64,000 bases of DNA. It comes from Acidobacteriota bacterium. GTDB taxonomy: Bacteria; Acidobacteriota; Thermoanaerobaculia; Multivoradales; J023. The DNA lies in the NCBI GenBank assembly GCA_039194425.1, contig JBCCVZ010000009.1:80997-144996 (forward strand), in the 5' to 3' direction. Below, piece by piece: positions 39,015 to 47,535 of the stretch (its first letter is position 1; every line of letters begins with the position of its first letter). The translations under genes were made by a program, and so were the position numbers. The notes beneath the pieces are model-generated. The model worked only from the letters and a program-made list of their open reading frames with translations, did no database searches and had not been told where the DNA came from.

Positions 39015-39749
39015 ATGGCTTCCCCGTCCCCCTCGACGCCACCTTCGACGACGGCGCCCTCGACGACGGCGCCCTCGACGACGCTCCCGACGACGACACC
39101 GTCGCAGCCTGCGGCGGCGAGCGGCGGCGACTCGGAGCTGATGCGCCGTCTGCTCGAGCAAGGTGAGATCGACACGCGGCGTGAGGCGGCAGGCGTCGGC
39201 GACTACTTCTTCGACCTGTGGAGCGCGCTCTATCTGCAGATCGCGCGCCTTCTCGAGAACGCTCTACCCGGGCTGGCGCCGTGGCTACGCTGGCTCGACG
39301 CCGTGCTGCCCTGGATCCTCGGCGCCTTCGCGCTGCTCGCCGTGACCTTGCTCACGGTGAAGATCTGGCGCGCGCGGCGCACCGCGCCCGCGGTCGACGT
39401 CGAGATCGAGCGCCCGTCGATGGCGCCGGAACGGGACGCATCCGCCTGGGACGCGACGCTGCGCGCACGCCTCGCGGCCGGCGACCTACACGGCGCACTC
39501 GAGGCTCTGTGGTGGTGGCTGGCCGGGCGCCTCGGCGCCGCCCGGGCCGACGCGTCGTGGACCGCGCGGGAGCTGGTGACCCGGTCCGGGCGCCGCGATC
39601 TCTTGCCTTGGGTGCAGCGCTTCGATCGCCTCGCCTACGGCACGCGGTCGATGTCGAGGGAAGCGACTGACGACGTGTCCATTGAAGACGTGTCGACGCT
39701 TTGGCACGAACTCGACGGTCGCGTCGAGCCGGCGGAGGAGACCCGGTGA
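39015..39749 (+). CDS. DUF4129 domain membrane protein
   Basis: P/S/T-rich N-terminus, TM helix VLPWILGAFALLAVTLLTV, then GDLHGALEALWWWLAGRL...WTARELV...FDRLAYG, typical of DUF4129. Confidence 0.7.
   Translation: MASPSPSTPPSTTAPSTTAPSTTLPTTTPSQPAAASGGDSELMRRLLEQGEIDTRREAAGVGDYFFDLWSALYLQIARLLENALPGLAPWLRWLDAVLPWILGAFALLAVTLLTVKIWRARRTAPAVDVEIERPSMAPERDASAWDATLRARLAAGDLHGALEALWWWLAGRLGAARADASWTARELVTRSGRRDLLPWVQRFDRLAYGTRSMSREATDDVSIEDVSTLWHELDGRVEPAEETR
39045..39089. repeat. 15-bp x3 in-frame tandem repeat in the DUF4129 gene 5' end
   Basis: tcgacgacggcgccc x2 plus tcgacgacgctcccg, with a degenerate partial copy at 39033-39044. Encodes (PSTTA)n. Confidence 0.9.
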
Positions 39750-40966
39750 GCGCCCCGCCCAGACGCTGGCTGTGGAGCCTCGGCGGCCTCGCGGCGGTGG
39801 CCGTCGTCGTGCTGCTGGTGCTGCCCGAGCCCGAAGCCGCGGGCAGCAGCCTGTCGCGCGCACCGTCGGGCTGGTGGGCGACGCGTGCCTATCTCGAGGC
39901 GCGTGGCGTCGAGGTGACGCTACGCGACGTGCCTTTCGACCATCATCCCGCGGCAGATCATGGTTTCGCGGCGGACCGTGATTTCGCGGCGGACCGTGCG
40001 GAGGCCGAACGCCCCCGGAGCCCGGAGGGGCTCGTCGAGGCCGAGCCGATCGACGCCGACGTGGTCGCCGTCGTCTTTCCGCTGCAGCGCTCTCTGGGCG
40101 CTGGAGAGATCGACCCGCTCGCCGCCCACCTGCGGGCCGGAGGCGTGTTGATGATCGGCTACAGCGGCGACGAGCCGTCGCCGAGCGAGACCCGCCTGCT
40201 CGAGCTGGTCGGGTTCGGCGACACGGTGTCGCTGCGCGCGTCGCCACCCCTGGCGCCCCGCGCCTGGTGGCGCCACCGCGGCGAGCGCTTCACGCTCGAG
40301 CCGACGTCCGGCCACGACGGCGCGCCGCTCGAGGTCGCGGCCTTCGATCTCGCGCCGGCGCGCGGCTTCGCTCCGGCGGCTCCGGGACAGGTGTTCTACA
40401 CGGTCGGCTCGCCGTCGCACGACGCGCCGGTCGCGCTCGTCGAGAGCTTCGAGCACCTCGGCGGACGCGTCGTGCTGCTGCCCGCGGCTCTGCTCGCCAA
40501 CGACGAGGTCGCCGGCAGCGTCGACCTGCTCGAGAGCCTCACCGCGCTCGGCGCGCGCTGGAGCTTTGCCGAGCACCTGCACGGCGTGCTGCGCCCCTCG
40601 GTGGCCGCGGCCAGCTCGACGACGGTGGCCTGGGACCTTTTCGTGCTCCACCTACTGCTCGTCTACCTCGTGCTCGCCGCCATGGTCGCGGTGCGCTTCG
40701 GTCCGCCGTGGCGTGAAAGCCTCCGCGCCCACGGCTCGACGGCCGACTTCCTGCGCAGCCTGGGCACGCTCCACCATCGACTCCGCCATCACCACGACGC
40801 CGCGCGCCGCCTTCGTGAGCGCGTCGAGCGTCTCGACCCGCGGGCGCAGCTGCCCGACCTTCCGCTGCCGGTCGCCGGCGACGGCGACGGCCTGGTGCGC
40901 TTCGCCCGAGCGATCGCGCGGGCACGCCGCCCCGGCGCCACCAACCCGAGGACCTCTGATGACTGA
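39746..40966 (+). CDS. DUF4350 domain protein
   Basis: GTG 39746 overlaps the previous stop (GTGA). N-terminal TM helix LWSLGGLAAVAVVVLLVL, GWWATRAYLEARGVEV, a later TM helix WDLFVLHLLLVYLVLAAMV. Confidence 0.65.
   Translation: MSAPPRRWLWSLGGLAAVAVVVLLVLPEPEAAGSSLSRAPSGWWATRAYLEARGVEVTLRDVPFDHHPAADHGFAADRDFAADRAEAERPRSPEGLVEAEPIDADVVAVVFPLQRSLGAGEIDPLAAHLRAGGVLMIGYSGDEPSPSETRLLELVGFGDTVSLRASPPLAPRAWWRHRGERFTLEPTSGHDGAPLEVAAFDLAPARGFAPAAPGQVFYTVGSPSHDAPVALVESFEHLGGRVVLLPAALLANDEVAGSVDLLESLTALGARWSFAEHLHGVLRPSVAAASSTTVAWDLFVLHLLLVYLVLAAMVAVRFGPPWRESLRAHGSTADFLRSLGTLHHRLRHHHDAARRLRERVERLDPRAQLPDLPLPVAGDGDGLVRFARAIARARRPGATNPRTSDD
39964..39998. repeat. 18-bp x2 in-frame tandem repeat in the DUF4350 gene
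   Basis: tttcgcggcggaccgtg at 39964-39980 and 39982-39998. Encodes FAADRD/FAADRA. Confidence 0.85.
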
Positions 40967-41966
40967 GCCCATCTCTGAATCCGCGGTCGAGCCCACGGCC
41001 GAGGTCACCGCGCCCGGCGCGAGCCCACCGGCCGCCGCGCTCGCCGACCGCGTGCTCGACGCCGTCGAGGCGCACGTGCTCGGGCAGCGCCCGGCCGCCG
41101 AGCTGCTCGTCGCCGCCTACGCCGCCGGCGGGCACGTTCTGCTCGAGGGCGTTCCCGGCATCGGCAAGACCCTGCTCGCGCGCTGCGTCGCCGCGGCCCT
41201 CGGGCTCGAGTTCCACCGCATCCAGCTCACCCCCGACCTGATGCCGACCGACGTGCTCGGCACCAACGTCTTCGACCAGGAGAGCGGCGGCTTCCGGCTG
41301 GTCCGCGGCCCGGTCTTCACCCAGATCCTGATGGCCGACGAGATCAACCGTACGCCGCCGAAAACGCAGTCGGCGCTGCTCGAGGCGATGCAGGAGCGGC
41401 AGGTGACGATCGACGGCGAGCGGCTCGAGCTCGATCCGAGCTTCTTCGTGCTGGCGACACAGAATCCGATCGAGCTCGAAGGCACCTACCCGCTGCCCGA
41501 GGCACAGCTCGATCGGTTCCTGGCGCGCATCGACATGGGTCTACCCGGCGCCGACGCCGAGCGCGAGCTCTTCCGCCGCGCGGTCGCCGGCGATGGCTTC
41601 GGTCACGAGCGGCTCCCCGAGCCGGTGCTCGCGCCCGGCGAGGCGGCGACACTGCGCCGGGGATCGCGCCAGGTGACGGTGAGCGACGAGCTGATCGACT
41701 ATCTCGCGCGGCTGGCGGCGGCGGTGCGCGCGTCCGACCTGCTCGAGCTCACCGTGAGCCCACGCGGCGCGCTGGCGCTGCTCGAAATGGCGCGCGGCGT
41801 GGCGCTGCTCGAGGGTCGCGATTTCGTGATTCCCGACGACTTCAAGCGCTGCCTGGTGCCGTGCTGGCGCCACCGCCTGATCCTCGACGCCGAAGCGGAG
41901 CTCGAAGGCCACAGCGCGCGTCGGCTGCTCGAAGACCTCGCCGAACGGGTCGAGGTTCCAAAGTGA
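40959..41966 (+). CDS. MoxR-family AAA+ ATPase
   Basis: ATG 40959 (8-nt overlap with the DUF4350 gene). Walker A LEGVPGIGKT, Walker B ILMADEINRTPPKTQSALLEAMQE, VLATQNPIELEGTYPLPEAQLDRF. Confidence 0.9.
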   Translation: MTEPISESAVEPTAEVTAPGASPPAAALADRVLDAVEAHVLGQRPAAELLVAAYAAGGHVLLEGVPGIGKTLLARCVAAALGLEFHRIQLTPDLMPTDVLGTNVFDQESGGFRLVRGPVFTQILMADEINRTPPKTQSALLEAMQERQVTIDGERLELDPSFFVLATQNPIELEGTYPLPEAQLDRFLARIDMGLPGADAERELFRRAVAGDGFGHERLPEPVLAPGEAATLRRGSRQVTVSDELIDYLARLAAAVRASDLLELTVSPRGALALLEMARGVALLEGRDFVIPDDFKRCLVPCWRHRLILDAEAELEGHSARRLLEDLAERVEVPK

Positions 41967-41979
41967 GCCCGGAGAGCAA

Positions 41980-43395
41980 GTGAACCTGGAGAGCCCACGC
42001 GTGCCCGGAGAGCCAAGGGGCCGGAAGCCGAGGGCACGTGGCCGATGGCGGCCGGCGATTCCGGCGACGCGCGTGCTCTACGTGCTCGCCGCGACGACCC
42101 TGCTCGGTGTCGTCGGCGTGCTCGTGCCCTGGCTCGGTGGGCTGGCCCTCGCCCTCGACGCGGCGCTGATCGTCGCCTGGGTGGTCGACGCGGCGCGCGC
42201 CGCGCGCAGTCCCCTCGTCGCCGAACGCACTTGGCCACGCCTGCTGATGCAGGGCACCGACGACGAGCTGGTGGTGCGCGTCGAAAGCGGCGCCGCGCGG
42301 CCGCTCACCGTGCGCCTGCGCGAGACACTCGCACCGGCGCTCGCCGCGCGGCCGTTGCGACGCACCATCGAGCTGCCGCCGCACGGGGCGGCGAGCTGGC
42401 GCGTGCCGCTGCTACCGAGCCAACGCGGCGAGCAGCGTGCCGGACCGACAGTGGCGCGCGTGCTCGGCCCCTGGCGCCTGGCGTGGTCGCAGCGCGAGCT
42501 GATCGCCCCCGAAACGCAGCGCGCCCTGCCGCAAGTGCGCTGGCAGGGCACCGTCGGCCGACTGCTGCTGCTCGCCCACCGCCGCGCCCTCGGCGCGCAT
42601 CCGCAGCGCCTGCGCGGCCTCGGCACCGAGCCGTACGCGCTGCGCGAGTATCTTCCGGGCGATCCGCCGGTGAAGATTCACTGGAAGGCGTCGGCGCGCC
42701 ATGGGCGCCTGGTGTCGCGCGAGGACACCTGGGAGCGCGGCGCGCGCCTCGTGGTGCTTCTCGACTGCGGTCGCTCGATGGCCGGGCGGGTGCCCGGCGC
42801 GGCGGGCGGCGACGCGCGCTTCGTGCGCTCGAAACTCGACCATGCGCTGGCCGCAGCGCTGGCGCTCGCGCGAGTCGCCGTCGCGCGCGGCGACCGCGTC
42901 ACCTTCGTCGCCTTCTCCGACCGCGTCGAACGCACGGTGCTGCTGCACGGCGGCCAGCGGAGCGTGCGCGCCGCGTACCAGGCGGTCTACGACCTCGAGG
43001 CGCGCCTCGTCGAGCCCGCATTCGACCTCGCCGCCGAGGCCGCCGCCACGCTCGAATCGCGCCGGTCGACCGTCGTGCTCCTCACCTCGGTCGTCGACCT
43101 CGCCGCCGCCGACCTGCTGCGCCAGGCCCTGCTGCACCTCGAGCGACGCCATCGCCCGATCCTGGTCAATCTCGAGGATCCCGAGCTGGTCGCCTTGGCC
43201 GCGGAGCCGCCGACCACTCCGGCCGACGCCTTCGCCCAGGTCGGCGCGCTCGACATCCAGAGCGCCAACCGCGCCCTCTCGAGCCGCCTGCGCCACGCCG
43301 GCATCCGCGTCGTCTCCACCGCCGCCGACCGTCTCGCCCTCGAAACTCTCGAGGCCTATCTCGCCCTCTTCGGCGTCCAGCGCCGCGTGGCGTGA
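41980..43395 (+). CDS. DUF58 (vWA-like) protein, MoxR partner
   Basis: N-terminal TM pair. LREYLPGDPPVKIHWKASARHGRLVSRE is the DUF58 signature. LVVLLDCGRSMAG is a vWA-like MIDAS remnant. Confidence 0.85.
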   Translation: MNLESPRVPGEPRGRKPRARGRWRPAIPATRVLYVLAATTLLGVVGVLVPWLGGLALALDAALIVAWVVDAARAARSPLVAERTWPRLLMQGTDDELVVRVESGAARPLTVRLRETLAPALAARPLRRTIELPPHGAASWRVPLLPSQRGEQRAGPTVARVLGPWRLAWSQRELIAPETQRALPQVRWQGTVGRLLLLAHRRALGAHPQRLRGLGTEPYALREYLPGDPPVKIHWKASARHGRLVSREDTWERGARLVVLLDCGRSMAGRVPGAAGGDARFVRSKLDHALAAALALARVAVARGDRVTFVAFSDRVERTVLLHGGQRSVRAAYQAVYDLEARLVEPAFDLAAEAAATLESRRSTVVLLTSVVDLAAADLLRQALLHLERRHRPILVNLEDPELVALAAEPPTTPADAFAQVGALDIQSANRALSSRLRHAGIRVVSTAADRLALETLEAYLALFGVQRRVA

Positions 43396-43398
43396 CCG

Positions 43399-43701
43399 TC
43401 ACCACTCGACGTGGCGCATGTCCCGTGATCCATGAAGGATTCGAGCGACCTCGAGTCGATCCGCTCGAACGCGATACACGATGAGGAACGAGCCGACGGT
43501 GCAGTAGCGAAATCGACGGCCGGGTGGATCGTACTCAGGCCGCAGCGGGGCCATTTCGGGAAAGGTCGCGAGTTGCTCGAGCATCGACTCGAACCGAGCC
43601 CGGAGGCGTAGCGCCTGCGTGACACCGAAACGATCGTGGGTGAAGTCGTCGATCTCCTCGAGGTCCCGGGCCGCGAGCGCCGAGAGTCGGACGTCGAGCA
43701 C
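43399..43701 (-). CDS. parE: ParE/RelE-superfamily toxin
   Basis: GTG start directly abuts the antitoxin stop. LAARDLEEIDDFTHDRFG...YRVRADRLEVARILHGSRDM is ParE-like. Confidence 0.8.
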   Translation of the reverse strand: MLDVRLSALAARDLEEIDDFTHDRFGVTQALRLRARFESMLEQLATFPEMAPLRPEYDPPGRRFRYCTVGSFLIVYRVRADRLEVARILHGSRDMRHVEW

Positions 43702-43893
43702 TCAGCGATCGGCCAGGGGGCGCGTACGTTCCTTCGCTGCGAGGCGAGCGAAGACATCTCGAGCGGCCACCGTCTGCCCGCGGTCCAGCTGCACAGCCCC
43801 GCGCTCGATCTGCTCGCGAAACCAGGTAGTCTCCAACTGGGCTCGGGACTCTTCCTCATCGAGCACCAGCGACATTTTTTCGCGTTCAGTCAT
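43702..43893 (-). CDS. antitoxin partner of ParE (63 aa)
   Basis: Small acidic protein immediately upstream of and abutting the toxin gene. The WFREQIERGAVQLDRGQTV segment resembles ParD/YacA-type antitoxins. Confidence 0.65.
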   Translation of the reverse strand: MTEREKMSLVLDEEESRAQLETTWFREQIERGAVQLDRGQTVAARDVFARLAAKERTRPLADR

Positions 43894-44007
43894 GGCTTCT
43901 CCTCACAAAAGCCCTTGGGCTGAATCTAGCATACATACGGCTCGAAACCGCAGCTGGAGAGATCGAGAAGGAGCGTGGTTGATGTGGCGCAGTGATATTC
44001 TGGCGGC

Positions 44008-44196
44008 ATGGACGAGAGTGCGGCCTATGACTGTGGGTACTGCGGCGAAGGGAATGTGATCGAGGTCGACTGGTCGGCGGCACGCCGCCAGGAGATGGTG
44101 GAGGACTGCACCGTCTGCTGCCGGCCCAATGTGGTGACGATCACGCTCGAGAGCGACGAAACGGTCTCGGTCGCGGCGCGCGCCGAGACCTGGTGA
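44008..44196 (+). CDS. CPXCG-motif cysteine-rich small protein
   Basis: CGYCGEGNVIEVD...QEMVEDCTVCCRPNVV matches the CPxCG...CxVCCRP family pattern. Confidence 0.75.
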   Translation: MDESAAYDCGYCGEGNVIEVDWSAARRQEMVEDCTVCCRPNVVTITLESDETVSVAARAETW

Positions 44197-44203
44197 CGGC
44201 CTC

Positions 44204-44635
44204 GTGAGCCGGCAGACGAGCCGTCCACCGACGCTGCGCCATCGAACGGCCTGGCGCACGTTCTTCGCGCTCGCGGGCCTGCTCAGCGTCGGCGGCGGTG
44301 TCGCCGGGATGCTCGGCCTGGTGGCGCGCCCCGAGGCGCTCGGCATGGCGCCGCCTCTCTATCCCTTCGCGTTCGAGCTGGTGTTTCTGGCGGTGCTCGT
44401 CTTCGGCCTCGGCTACTTCTTGCTCGCCGCCGCACCGGAGCGCAACCGCGATATCGCCTGGCTCGGCTTGACGTCGAAGCTCGGCGGCCTGATCATCAGT
44501 CTGCGTGCGCTCGACAGCGGACAGTTACCCGCCTCGAGCTGGGCGCAGCCTCTGGTCGCCGACCTGCCCTGGGCGATCGGCTTCGCGCTCTTCCTTTGGC
44601 TCACCCGAGGAGACCCCGATGAAACCAATGACTGA
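44204..44635 (+). CDS. 4-TM membrane protein, unknown family
   Basis: GTG start. Hydrophobic helices FFALAGLLSVGGGVAGMLGLV, FELVFLAVLVFGLGYFLLAA, LGGLIISL, LPWAIGFALFLWL. Confidence 0.55.
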   Translation: MSRQTSRPPTLRHRTAWRTFFALAGLLSVGGGVAGMLGLVARPEALGMAPPLYPFAFELVFLAVLVFGLGYFLLAAAPERNRDIAWLGLTSKLGGLIISLRALDSGQLPASSWAQPLVADLPWAIGFALFLWLTRGDPDETND

Positions 44636-45182
44636 CACAGCCAGCCTGTTCCTTCGATTCGCCGTCGGCCTCGCCGTGGCCTCTCTGCTCGCCCTGCCTG
44701 CGACCGCCGCAGAGGATCACCACCAGGCCGACGCGGTCAGCACCGAGTTCGGCGCCGGCGGCGGCGAGGGCGAGATCGTCGCCATCGCCGACATTCTCGG
44801 CGACGCCGCGGCCTGGGAGGGCCGCGAGGTGCGGGTCTCCGGCGAGATCACCGGCGTATGCCAGATCGCCGGCTGCTGGATCGAGATCGACGATGGCGGC
44901 GGCACCCTGCGACTCAAGGTGAACGACGGCGACATCGTGTTCCCCACTGCGGCGCAGGGCCACCAGGCGATCGCACGCGGCGTCGTCGAGCGCCGTGAGC
45001 TCGACCGCGAGCGCTATGTCGGCTGGAAGCAGCACCTGGCCGACGAGCTCGGCGAGGAGTTCGATCCGGCCTCGGTGGGCGACGGGCCCTACGTGATCGT
45101 CCAGCTGCGCGGCCTCGGCGCCACAGTCGACGGCGATGTGCCCGAGGGCGATCTCTCCGACACCGGAACCGCCGAGGGCTGA
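44619..45182 (+). CDS. DUF4920 domain exported protein
   Basis: ATG 44619, signal peptide. VRVSGEITGVCQIAGCWIEIDDGGGTLRLKVNDGDIVFP...AIARGVVERREL is the DUF4920 pattern. Confidence 0.75.
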   Translation: MKPMTDTASLFLRFAVGLAVASLLALPATAAEDHHQADAVSTEFGAGGGEGEIVAIADILGDAAAWEGREVRVSGEITGVCQIAGCWIEIDDGGGTLRLKVNDGDIVFPTAAQGHQAIARGVVERRELDRERYVGWKQHLADELGEEFDPASVGDGPYVIVQLRGLGATVDGDVPEGDLSDTGTAEG

Positions 45183-45224
45183 CGACCGTCTCTCGATTCG
45201 AGTCCTCAGACGCAGACGCACGAA

Positions 45225-45250
45225 GGCCGGGCTCGACGCCCGGCCTTTGT
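45225..45250 (+). terminator. rho-independent terminator between convergent genes
   Basis: GGCCGGGC (45225-45232), loop tcgac, GCCCGGCC (45238-45245), then TTTGT. Confidence 0.6.
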
Positions 45251-45296
45251 GTAGTCATATCGCGGCAGTCATGTCGCGGCAGTCACGTCGCAGAAC

Positions 45297-47375
45297 TCAG
45301 TCCTCGGCGGCGGCCTGGGACTCCGCGATCACCTTCTGCTGCATCTGCTTTGGCATCTCCTCATAGCCGAGGAACTCCATCGTGTAGCGACCGCGTCCCT
45401 GCGTGATCGAACGCAGAGCCGGCGCATAGTCGAGCATCTCGGCGAGCGGAACGACGGCTTTCACGATCTGGCTCGTGCCCTGGGTGTCCATGCCCTGCGG
45501 CCGGCCGCGACGCTGCGACAGGTCGCCCATGATGTCTCCCATGAACTCCTCGGTGGTGGTGATCTCGACCTGCATCACCGGCTCGAGGATGGTCGCCCCG
45601 GCCTTCAACATGGCGTCCTTGAACGCGAGTGATCCGGCGATCTTGAACGCCATTTCCGACGAGTCGACGTCGTGGTACTGGCCGTCGAGCAGGCGGACGC
45701 GGAAGTCGACCACCGGGAAGCCGGCGAGGTAGCCACGTGCCCGCGCCTCCTGGATGCCTTTCTCCACCGCCGGACGGAAGCCCTGCGGAATCGATCCGCC
45801 GAAAATCTCGTCCTTGAACTCGAACTCTTCGCCGCTCGGCAGCGGCTCGAGGGTGATCTTGCAGTCGGCGAACTGACCGCGACCGCCGCTCTGCTTCTTG
45901 TGACGACCGTGGCCGTCGGCGGCGCGTCGAATGGTCTCGCGGTACGGCACCTTCGGCATGTGACGGATCACGTCGACCTTGTAGCGCGCGGCGAGGCGCG
46001 AGAGAGCGATGTCGACATGCAGCTCGTCGCTGCCCGAGATCAGCAGCTCATGGGTCTGCGGGTCGCGAGCCGCCTGCAGGCCGAGATCTTCCTCCATCAG
46101 GCGATGGAGCGCTTCGCCGATCTTCTCTTCGTCGCCCTTGCTCTTGGGCTCGACCGCGAACGAGATGGCCGAGGGCCGCACCTCGACCCAGCCGAGCGTC
46201 ACCGGCCGGGTCGGATCGCTGAGCGTGTCGCCCGACAGAGTGTGCTTCAGCTTGGCGACACCGCCGATGTCGCCGGTGACCAGCTTCTCGGTCGGGCTGC
46301 TCTGCTTGCCCTGGAGGTGGAGCAGGGTGCCGACCTTTTCCTGCTGCTTGTCGCGCGCGTTGTAGGTGATGCTGTCGGACGGCAAAGTGCCGGAGACGAC
46401 CCGGAAGATCGAGATCTTGCCCGAGAACGGATCGTGCAGCGTCTTGAACACCAGCGCCGCGAAGGGCTCGTCACCCCCGACGGCGACCTCGATCTCCTCG
46501 CCGTCCTCGTCGACGCCCGGGAAGCTGCCGCGCGCGAGCGGGTCGGGCAGATAGTCGACGACCAGGTCGAGCAGTGTCGACGTGCCGATGCCGTGCAGCG
46601 CCGAGCCGATGGTGAGCGGGAACACGGCGCGGGAGACGATGGCCTCGCGCAGCCCCTGCTGCAGTGCGTCGTCGGGCAGCGTTCCTTCCTCGAAGAACAG
46701 CTCCATCAGCTCGTCCTTCGACTCGGCGACCGCCTCGATCAGGTGGTTGCGCCACTCTTCGACGGTGTCCGCCAGACCGTCCGGCACGTCGATCTCTTGC
46801 GCCTTGCCGTCGCCGTCGCGCTCGAATCGGTAGGCCTTGCCGGTGATCAGATCGACGATTCCTTCGAAATCGTGCTCGGAGCCGATCGGCACCTGAAGCG
46901 GCGCAACGTTGCCGAAGCTGCCCTTCAGCTGCTCGACCGACGCGGCGAAGTCGGCGTTCTCGCGATCGAGCTTGTTCAGGTGCAGTAGCACCGGCGTGCC
47001 GATCTCCTCGCCGTACTGCCACATACGCTCGGTCGTGACCTCGATTCCCGACGGCGCGCTGATCACCAACACCATCGCGTCAGTAGCACGCACGGCGGCG
47101 CGCGCCTCGACGCCGAAGATGCCCGAGCCCGGAGCGTCGACCATGTTGATCTTGTGCTTGCGCCACGGCGCGAAGCAGGGCGCGAGACCGATCGAGTACC
47201 CGCGAGAGATCTCTTCGGAATCGAAATCGGTGGTGGTGTTGTGGTCTTCCACGCGGTTCAGGCGATTGACCACCCCGCTGGTGTAGAGGACCGCGCTGGC
47301 GAGAGTCGTCTTGCCGGTATCCGCGTGACCGGCCAGCGTGATATTGCGGATCGTCTCCGGGCTCTCCACCTGCAT
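45297..47375 (-). CDS. elongation factor G paralog (692 aa) with a non-canonical G3 motif
   Basis: ATG 47375 preceded by AGGAGGA. G1 AGHADTGKTT, G3 DAPGS instead of DTPGH, G4 NKLD. EF-G domains II-V are recognisable (e.g. GKISIFRVVSGTL, HKKQSGGRGQF, VDSSEMAFK). Not next to rpsL/rpsG/tuf. Confidence 0.85.
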   Translation of the reverse strand: MQVESPETIRNITLAGHADTGKTTLASAVLYTSGVVNRLNRVEDHNTTTDFDSEEISRGYSIGLAPCFAPWRKHKINMVDAPGSGIFGVEARAAVRATDAMVLVISAPSGIEVTTERMWQYGEEIGTPVLLHLNKLDRENADFAASVEQLKGSFGNVAPLQVPIGSEHDFEGIVDLITGKAYRFERDGDGKAQEIDVPDGLADTVEEWRNHLIEAVAESKDELMELFFEEGTLPDDALQQGLREAIVSRAVFPLTIGSALHGIGTSTLLDLVVDYLPDPLARGSFPGVDEDGEEIEVAVGGDEPFAALVFKTLHDPFSGKISIFRVVSGTLPSDSITYNARDKQQEKVGTLLHLQGKQSSPTEKLVTGDIGGVAKLKHTLSGDTLSDPTRPVTLGWVEVRPSAISFAVEPKSKGDEEKIGEALHRLMEEDLGLQAARDPQTHELLISGSDELHVDIALSRLAARYKVDVIRHMPKVPYRETIRRAADGHGRHKKQSGGRGQFADCKITLEPLPSGEEFEFKDEIFGGSIPQGFRPAVEKGIQEARARGYLAGFPVVDFRVRLLDGQYHDVDSSEMAFKIAGSLAFKDAMLKAGATILEPVMQVEITTTEEFMGDIMGDLSQRRGRPQGMDTQGTSQIVKAVVPLAEMLDYAPALRSITQGRGRYTMEFLGYEEMPKQMQQKVIAESQAAAED

Positions 47376-47535
47376 CTGATTCCTCCTGCGGAAGTAGACG
47401 TGCTTCCAGCACGTTGCTTCCGTCGAGTCGTCGGGTCTCCTGGGTCGGACGGAGCGTGAATATACCACCGCCGTCACCTGGTTTGACCCACCCTCCGGGA
47501 GCCCCTAGAATGGCCACCACCTTTCTTGGCGACTC

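Noticed and set aside
45255-45296. Direct repeat tcgcggcagtca(t/c)g x2.5 just downstream of the EF-G paralog stop
   Set aside because: Very short, with only about 2.5 copies and no associated structure or ORF. Probably slippage noise in a 3' UTR.
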